NCBI GenBank assembly: GCA_964016885.1
Contig: OZ024743.1
Span: 14,446,001-14,510,000, forward strand
DNA from: Eledone cirrhosa
Taxonomy: Eukaryota
Direction: 5' to 3'
Length of the DNA: 64,000 nucleotides
The position numbers were made by a program, and so were the translations under genes. Each line of letters begins with the position of its first letter. The first letter of the stretch is position 1. Shown piece by piece: positions 56,493-64,000 of the stretch. The notes below the pieces were generated by a model. It made no database searches, was not told where the DNA came from, and saw nothing but the letters and a program-made list of their open reading frames with translations.

Positions 56493-56554
<62 letters not shown>

Positions 56555-56605
56555 TAATAAAAACAATGAATAAAAACAAAGAACAAGTTCCTTATATTAA
56601 AAAAT

Positions 56606-56741
56606 TCATCATTTTACGATCGTTTCTAGGATATATATGTGTGTTGGTATGTATATCATATAGATCTATGTAAAAATATTACAAACTATCAGAGGAAATA
56701 TACATACCTTCACATATATATGCTGTCTTCAGAAATAATGA
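56606..56741 (-). ncRNA. Long-stem-II hammerhead
   Basis: tcattattt-CTGAAGA-...-GAAA-cgatcg-TA-aaatgatga. Confidence 0.75.
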
Positions 56742-58573
56742 GATTTGTTTATTGAAAAAAAACAACAAAGATTTAATATAATAGGTCTGTTTGGGAACAG
56801 GTTTTGAATTGACCAATAGAAAAGTAGTAAGAGGTCAAGTTGATAGAATAGTAGTAGTAGAAATTTAATTAAGGGGTAGAGGAATGCAGACTTATGTTTT
56901 GAATGGAAAGAATACTTTGAATGAAAAGAATACTTTGGGGATGAAAAGAGGTCAAGGGTACACGAAAATTTGATGTTATTAAAGGATAATGTTAATGTTA
57001 AAACCGAAGGAGAGTAAAATTTTAGGGTAAAGGTATTAGTGAGAAATACCAATCTTATTTAAAACACAGCGAATTTAGATCTATAACAAGAAATTAAATT
57101 AATTGATATGTATACTTATAGGGATAAATTTATATTAATTCATATGGATGTGATAAATAAGAATTAGATGTTATTAAAGATTGTTGTTAAAAACGAAGGA
57201 AAATAACATTTGGCGATAAGTGTAGTAGTGAGATATACCAATCTAATATAGACTACAAGGAATCTAGATTCATAACAGGAAATTAAATTAATTTATATGT
57301 ATACTTTTAGGTATTAATTTTAGTAAAAGAGAGCTGTAAGAGGGAAATAAAATTATGAAGTTCTCTGTAGTAAAGTACTAATTATAGGTTAACTAAATTT
57401 AAAAAAAACTATTTATAATAATATGTAAAATATAAGTGTAAGGTGTATATTAATTAGGTTTATAATATTTGAAAGTTCTTCTAATTCTATGATTGCAACA
57501 TATAATTAATTCTTGTCGCTTATTTAATAGCATATCCTTAGATTTCTTTATTTCAAAGAGTTCCTGGGAGCATAATCTACACTCATATCTGTTATTTTGA
57601 TAAGGGGTGTCCCTTTTGAGCACACTCCAGGTCAGGTTGTAATCGATATTCTTTTTTCAATAATTATTAATTGTTTCAGCCAAGGATATTGTATTAGTTA
57701 ATGCGGCATGTTTAAAACTATGTTTGTGGGTATTAAATCTTACTTTAAATTGGTTAGACGTAGCTCCTATATATGAATAAGCTGAGTCCTTAGTGCTAAT
57801 TTTACATGTATATACTACGTTATTAATAAGACAATTTCCCTTTAATGGGCAATTTCTTTTGTTGCTACAGTTGCAACCATTCGTGAATATTATATCAGGG
57901 GAGTTAGTCAAATTTGGTGTGGAATTTACTCGACTTGTTATATGTGAAGGACATGGTAGTTTGTTGCAGTTTATTTTAGTATTATGGTTGGTTTGATGTG
58001 TTGGTGGTATATTCATGTTTTTTTTTACATTTATATGCATTGTACGCACTTATATGTTGTATATTTTTGGTAGTGGAGTAGAAAAATTTGACTATTGATC
58101 TATTTAAAATTTGATGGTATTTATGGTTTGGCGGGAATTTTTTCTCAAGGATAGTAAAAATGTTTTAGGGATATTATCTTTAATTTGTAGATTATATGGA
58201 GCATTATACCAAGTAACTCGTCTATTACGTTTTCGATGTTATATTTCTACGATGTATCAGGATGTTTACTAAGAGAGTTAGTATTAAATTTTACTCTTCT
58301 TCGGTTTTAACATTAACATTATTATTTAATAACATCAAATTTTCGTGTATCCTTCACCGGCTTGACCTCTTTTCATCCCCAAAGTATTATTTTCATTCAA
58401 AGTATTCTTTCCATTCAAAACATAAGTCTGCATTCCTCTACCCTTAATTAAATTTCTACTACTACTATTCTATCAACTTGAGATCTTACTACTTTTCTAT
58501 TAGTCAATCCAAAACCTGTTCCCAAACAGACTATTATATTAAATCTTTGTTTGTTTTTTTCAATAAACAAATC

Positions 58574-58711
58574 TCATTATTTCTGAAGACAGCATATATA
58601 TATGTGAAGGTATGTATATTTCCTCTGATAGTTTGTAATATTTTTACATAGATCTATATGATATACATACCAACACACATATATATCCTAGAAACGATCG
58701 TAAAATGATGA
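58574..58711 (+). ncRNA. Long-stem-II hammerhead
   Basis: tcattattt-CTGAAGA-...-GAAA-cgatcg-TA-aaatgatga. Confidence 0.75.
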
Positions 58712-58907
58712 ATTTTTTAGTATAAGGAACTTGTTCTTTGTTTTTATTTATTGTTTTTTATTAACTCTGTTTTTATTGACTGTTTTTATTGACTCTGTTT
58801 TCCTTTGATTTTCATCGAAAATTTTTGAATACATCTTTTTTCATATTTGGACTACATTGCGTTCTTCATACGGATTGGACACAACCGTATATTTTGGTAG
58901 ATTTATC

Positions 58908-58985
<78 letters not shown>

Positions 58986-59026
58986 TATATATATGTACAA
59001 ATATACATATAAAATAGACACATCAC

Positions 59027-59070
<44 letters not shown>

Positions 59071-59097
59071 TATATACATATAAAATAAACACATCAA

Positions 59098-59143
<46 letters not shown>

Positions 59144-59269
59144 CAAAGAATCGCTGCTTTCTCCTTTAACGTGATCTTCTGAAACTTTAATCTGTTATTT
59201 TATTATATATATATATATAGAGAGAGAGAGAGACATTACAATAATCAAAGTTCAGTTTAAATCATTTAT

Positions 59270-59317
59270 TTGCTTACAATTGTTTCCTCCAGGCCGAGGT
59301 TTGGATTCTTCGGGCAA
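59270..59317 (-). ncRNA. Degenerate hammerhead
   Basis: ttgc-CCGAAGA-atcca..tggag-GAAA-caattg-TA-agcaa, ~40 nt from a (GA)/(TA) tract. Confidence 0.5.
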
Positions 59318-60270
59318 CTATTTAGTGATCCATAACATACTTGACCTCCTTTTCAACACAAGAGACATATAAAATATATGCACATATTGATCCACAGTGG
59401 AATGACATCCATCAAAATGATATAGCATGGGAATTTACATATAAAGGTTAAAGGATAAAAATAAAAATAAAAATGAAAATAAAAATGAAGCATTGGCAGT
59501 CGATGAAGATAAAGCAAGAGGAAAGTTTAGAGTAGTCAGTGTATGAAACAATCTCACGTGTAGCATGCACGCGTGTCTTATTTATACAGGATTAGAGTGC
59601 GTCAGAATTTTATTAGCAGGGTCAGGCAGTTGAAGCAGGCAATCGATATTATTATGTGGGCTGAATTATTAAATCATTTATTCGCATACACCTGTATGAT
59701 ATACAGTCCCGAATGTAGAGAAACACCAAAATATCAAAAAATATCAAAAATTTCAAACATATTATAAACCATATTATATCGTAGGCAAAACAGTACCACT
59801 GTCTTCGCTCACACCACCACTCGCATAATCCATGAGACGCAATATATAGAACACGGGTCTATCATATAATTCATGATGGTTCAGCATATAACCAAGTTAT
59901 AAACCGTATCTTGTCGATTCTTAATTAATAGATCATGTTGTTTAGTTTTGTGTGACGATATTATATTCCGGAAGTGTCTGTATGACCAAGGGGAATTAAT
60001 GCGTAAGGGGAGGTAACTAGCTGGTTTTCTTAGTTAAATTTATTATCCTAAATTACATTAATGGTGTTTCAAATAAGTGCCTATCATATGATGTTATAAC
60101 TAATTTCTAGATTGTTACTTATTTATGGGTTACACACACACACACACACACGCACATAATTACATATATACACTTACATAATCTATTTACAGACACACAT
60201 ACACACATGTGTGTGTGTATATATATATATGTGTGTGTACATATACACACATACATACATACACATTCAG

Positions 60271-60302
<32 letters not shown>

Positions 60303-60307
<5 letters not shown>

Positions 60308-60508
60308 AACGAGTGGGACCCCGATGGCTGAGCTCAAGCCGTTTTGACGGCTAATTCTGGACTAATTCTAGTCCAGAATTAGCCGTTGAAACGGCTTGAG
60401 CTCAGCCGTCGGGGTCCCACTCGTTCCTATTACCCACTCTACTAACCTAAGTATTGAGTACTTTGGTGCGTTAATGTCCACCTGGTTCCTTACCACACTT
60501 CCTCCGTG

Positions 60509-60510
<2 letters not shown>
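60303..60510 (+). mobile_element. Fold-back family F1 (copy 5)
   Basis: Palindrome 60303-60430 plus tail 60431-60510, in opposite orientation to 15364. Confidence 0.88.
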
Positions 60511-60539
<29 letters not shown>

Positions 60540-60615
60540 CATATATGTCTACATATACAAACACACACATATATATATACATATATATATATACACATAC
60601 GTACACACATATACA

Positions 60616-60653
<38 letters not shown>

Positions 60654-60760
60654 TATACACACATATATACATACACATACACTTACACAAATACTGATGA
60701 GGGACTAATTTTATAATATGTAATCCCTGTGCAACCATGCAGTACTCTTATCCCCATGTT

Positions 60761-60904
<144 letters not shown>

Positions 60905-61426
60905 ATGAGAAGAATGAAGAATACTGCGTGGTTTGCACATGGGTTACATATGATAAAAATACTCCTTCGTCAGTGATTTTCCAACCATCATTGGTTCACA
61001 TCGCATTAAAAATCAGATACCTCAGGTTGGTGCGGGCAATAACTAAAAACAGTTATTGGGACCAGAACTCGAGTAAGGCGAGGGGGACAAGTAAACAATA
61101 TATAAGGATAAAAGCAAACCGTAGATAGGAAAATAAACAAGAAACATGGTTGTCCGGTCAGCATAAGCTGGGTGGATTTCAGGAGCGAGAGCGGTACAGA
61201 GCGTGTTGATGTGTGTGAGATGTGAGCAAGAAGAGACCCACACAAGCCAAACGGGAGGAAGTGAGAAGAGGAGAAACAGAGAGTGAGTGAGTGGAAGTGT
61301 GGGGAAGAGGACAGTCGAGAGAAAGTGTAACTGACAGACGGGGCGAAAGAAGGTGAGAGAAACAGAGAGAGCGGGGAAGCAGTAATATATATATATATAT
61401 ATATGTATTTGTATATACATATATTA

Positions 61427-61467
<41 letters not shown>

Positions 61468-61486
61468 CATACATACACACAGTATA

Positions 61487-61556
<70 letters not shown>

Positions 61557-61635
61557 AATACACATATATATACAACTACTACCCTTCCCTTACCATGGCA
61601 AAATGTATAAATACCAGAAATTTTAATTGACAGTC

Positions 61636-61686
61636 GGCTTTCTGATGATTTCCTCCGAATGAAACAGTTCTAGTCCTGTAGAAGCC
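61636..61686 (+). ncRNA. Type I hammerhead in a solo short arm
   Basis: ggcttt-CTGATGA-tttcctccgaat-GAAA-cag ttctagtc ctg-TA-gaagcc, followed by (TA)n. Confidence 0.8.
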
Positions 61687-61696
61687 ATTTCTATAT

Positions 61697-61747
<51 letters not shown>

Positions 61748-62303
61748 ATCGATTTTTAATTCAATGTTAATAAAGGTGAAACGGCGTGAACAGACTGTTA
61801 GCTTCTCTCCCTTCTTTCGCCGAAAAGACGTGAAATAGTCACCACTTTAAAACGGATAGCGTATGGTCTTCAAAATGTGTTTATTTAAACATACGGTATA
61901 TTTCCAAATATACTATACATACATATATATACATATATATATTTTACTTTTATCTGAATGTGTGTATGCGTGTGTATATGTATGTATACATATCCTTTTC
62001 TGTATTGCTATATATATATCTATATATTATTTTTCTTGCCCTTCTTTTCCTATGTATATTTCCCGTTATTTTTCCAGCCTCACTTCCAATTTTTAACTGA
62101 TTTTAAATCACATTTCAAATCTTTCATCCATAACATCTCTTTCTGACGACAGATTCAGAGGTATATTATTATTGTCTGGTATGCAGAAATCTTTGGTAAT
62201 GGATTAGTTATATTTTGTATTGTTCACTTTCTAATTAAATAGCTCTGTTCTCCACATAGCACTCTTTTTTCCTTTGCTTTTCCTTCGGAATTACCTAACA
62301 CAT

Positions 62304-62359
<56 letters not shown>

Positions 62360-62676
62360 GGGTGGGGTCTACATATATATGACTGTATGTGCGCGTGCTT
62401 TCTCAAATTGCTATTCCTTTCCCTCCTTTGCTCAGCTTCTATATTCCTACTTACACTTTTCTTTCTCATTCTACTTTGTCATATGAGTCCGAAATGTAAC
62501 GACACATTTCTTAAAGTATCAAGCGTTAAACGAATACGTTACTTCAGTTTGGTGTGTTTGTTTGTTTTACTATTTCTTTGTAATTTTCATATATACACAC
62601 ATCATCATCATCATAGAATATGTATATATTTATAGGTGGATTTACGATCCGAATCGCACAATTTAAAATGCTTTAG

Positions 62677-62729
<53 letters not shown>

Positions 62730-62730
<1 letters not shown>

Positions 62731-63480
62731 TAATATATTTAGAGTCATTTACAATTAATTAGCTCAAAGAAAGAAGCATTTCTAAGCCGTGAAATATAAG
62801 TTAATATAAATTAATATATGATAAACACCTAAGTGTTTGTATTGTAAAACACGAAGTTAGCTAGAATGAAATAAACTAATTCAAATAATTCAAATAAATA
62901 TAGCTTGCCTGTATCGATTTAAAATAATAAATCAATATACACAAACTCATATTGGCAAATAGCCGTGGTACTTCATCTCGAAGTGGTTACTTCACCTCGA
63001 AAAAATGTTGTGGTTACTTCACCTCGAAAAGATTTTGCCTCGAAAAAATTTTGAAGGTCTGGTTTACGAGCACAAAACGCACGAGGTTTTGCACTCCGTT
63101 TTGTGCACTCGGTTTTGTGCTCGTAAACCAGACCTTCAAAATTTTTTCGAGGTGAAGTAACCTAATTTTTCTGGGTACCTGTTGATAAGCACAGAAGATC
63201 GATTATTTCACTTTTTATACCATCGTTTGCGAAACTTGTTTGGATTTTGAAGTTCAGATTGATCTGCGGAAAAGGTTTGAATTTTGAAATTTAAATTTGT
63301 CCAGGTACCACGGCTATTTACCAGTATGAGTTTGTGTATATTGATTTATTATTTTACATCGATACAGGCAAGCTATATTTATTTGAATTATTTGAATTAG
63401 TTTATTTCATTCTAGCTAACTTCGTCTTTTACAATACAAACACTTAGGTGTTTATCATATATTAATTTATATTAACTTGT
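62730..63480. mobile_element. Inverted-repeat element (~170-bp arms) with an inner ~130-bp palindrome
   Basis: 62800-62971 is the reverse complement of 63305-63477; inner palindrome 63038-63162; bulged-hairpin tail on the left arm; (TA)n flanks. Confidence 0.75.
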
Positions 63481-64000
63481 ATATATATATATATATATAT
63501 ATGCATGCATCTACATACACATGTACACGCATTTATGTGGACACACACATACACATGTGTGTATGTGTGTATAGACACACACACTCACATGTATGTGTGT
63601 ATGTGTGTGTGTGTTTCTGTGTGTGTGTGTATGTGTGTGTGCGCGCGCGCGCGCGCGTGTGTGTGTGTCTATTCACAGTATTAAAAAGTGGCAGTAAATT
63701 TTACAGCAATATTTCTTAATATTGAAGTCGTTCTAATGATTGTTAAATTATTACCAATTTTAATATTATTTTAACTTAATTAGTATCATTAGATTTGTAA
63801 GTTCTAACTTGATTCCTATAATGTTTATTTATGTCAAGTTTTAAGAGCCAAATTAAATACTATATAGTATTTGTATTATAATCTGTATGTTTACTCCTCG
63901 ACAATTGTTATTGTTTTCCTGTTTAAATATAAATTTGCTTACGTTTTTAATTCGCACACACATACGCACACACACGAACACACACACACGGACACACACA

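Larger units (their letters stand above)
55678..56495 (+). mobile_element. Tandem ~432-bp hammerhead-containing repeat (retrozyme/pLTR-like); second unit interrupted by an inversion and SINE tails
   Basis: 55678-55850 aligns with 56110-56277; 55845-55905 aligns with 56430-56492; hammerheads at 55693 and 56125. Confidence 0.7.
56553..58913 (-). mobile_element. Naiad-type PLE 3' remnant (relative of 40121-45640) with inverted arm 58262-58913
   Basis: Minus-strand GIY-YIG relic 57450-58250 (CNC..CPLKGNCL, YIGATSNQFKVRF); 56553-57045 is the reverse complement of 58270-58765; tail 58850-58913 resembles 40121-40190. Confidence 0.9.

Overview
AT-rich, microsatellite-saturated eukaryotic DNA. The tRNA-SINE family and (TA)n/(CA)n density suggest an octopod cephalopod (inference). 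No convincing host protein-coding gene; almost all ORF-track entries are (TA)n/(CA)n artefacts. The window is a hotspot of Penelope-like retroelements (PLEs, Naiad-type: SLKNIP...RWRA, DKT, YRDD, C-terminal GIY-YIG): one apparently intact full-length copy (40121-45640, minus), five truncated copies and many short non-coding relatives, almost all ending in (TA)n and most arranged as head-to-head inverted pairs. Their 3' ends carry type I hammerhead ribozymes (about 20 intact or degenerate copies read by eye). Also present: a tandem trio of R4/Dong-type RLE retrotransposons nested in (TAA)n, several tRNA-derived SINEs, one non-autonomous Helitron and satellites. Most notable: (1) more than ten otherwise unalignable PLE-type families share a covarying bulged hairpin (RCUC-stem-loop-[UU/UA bulge]-GAGY) downstream of the hammerhead, and in nearly every inverted pair one arm ends just 5' of it while the other runs through it; (2) inverted arms are repeatedly joined inside RNA hairpins; (3) a ~536-nt non-coding hammerhead unit occurs as two differently permuted, more-than-monomer arms, suggesting a circular or multimeric RNA template. 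All alignments and folds were done by eye.
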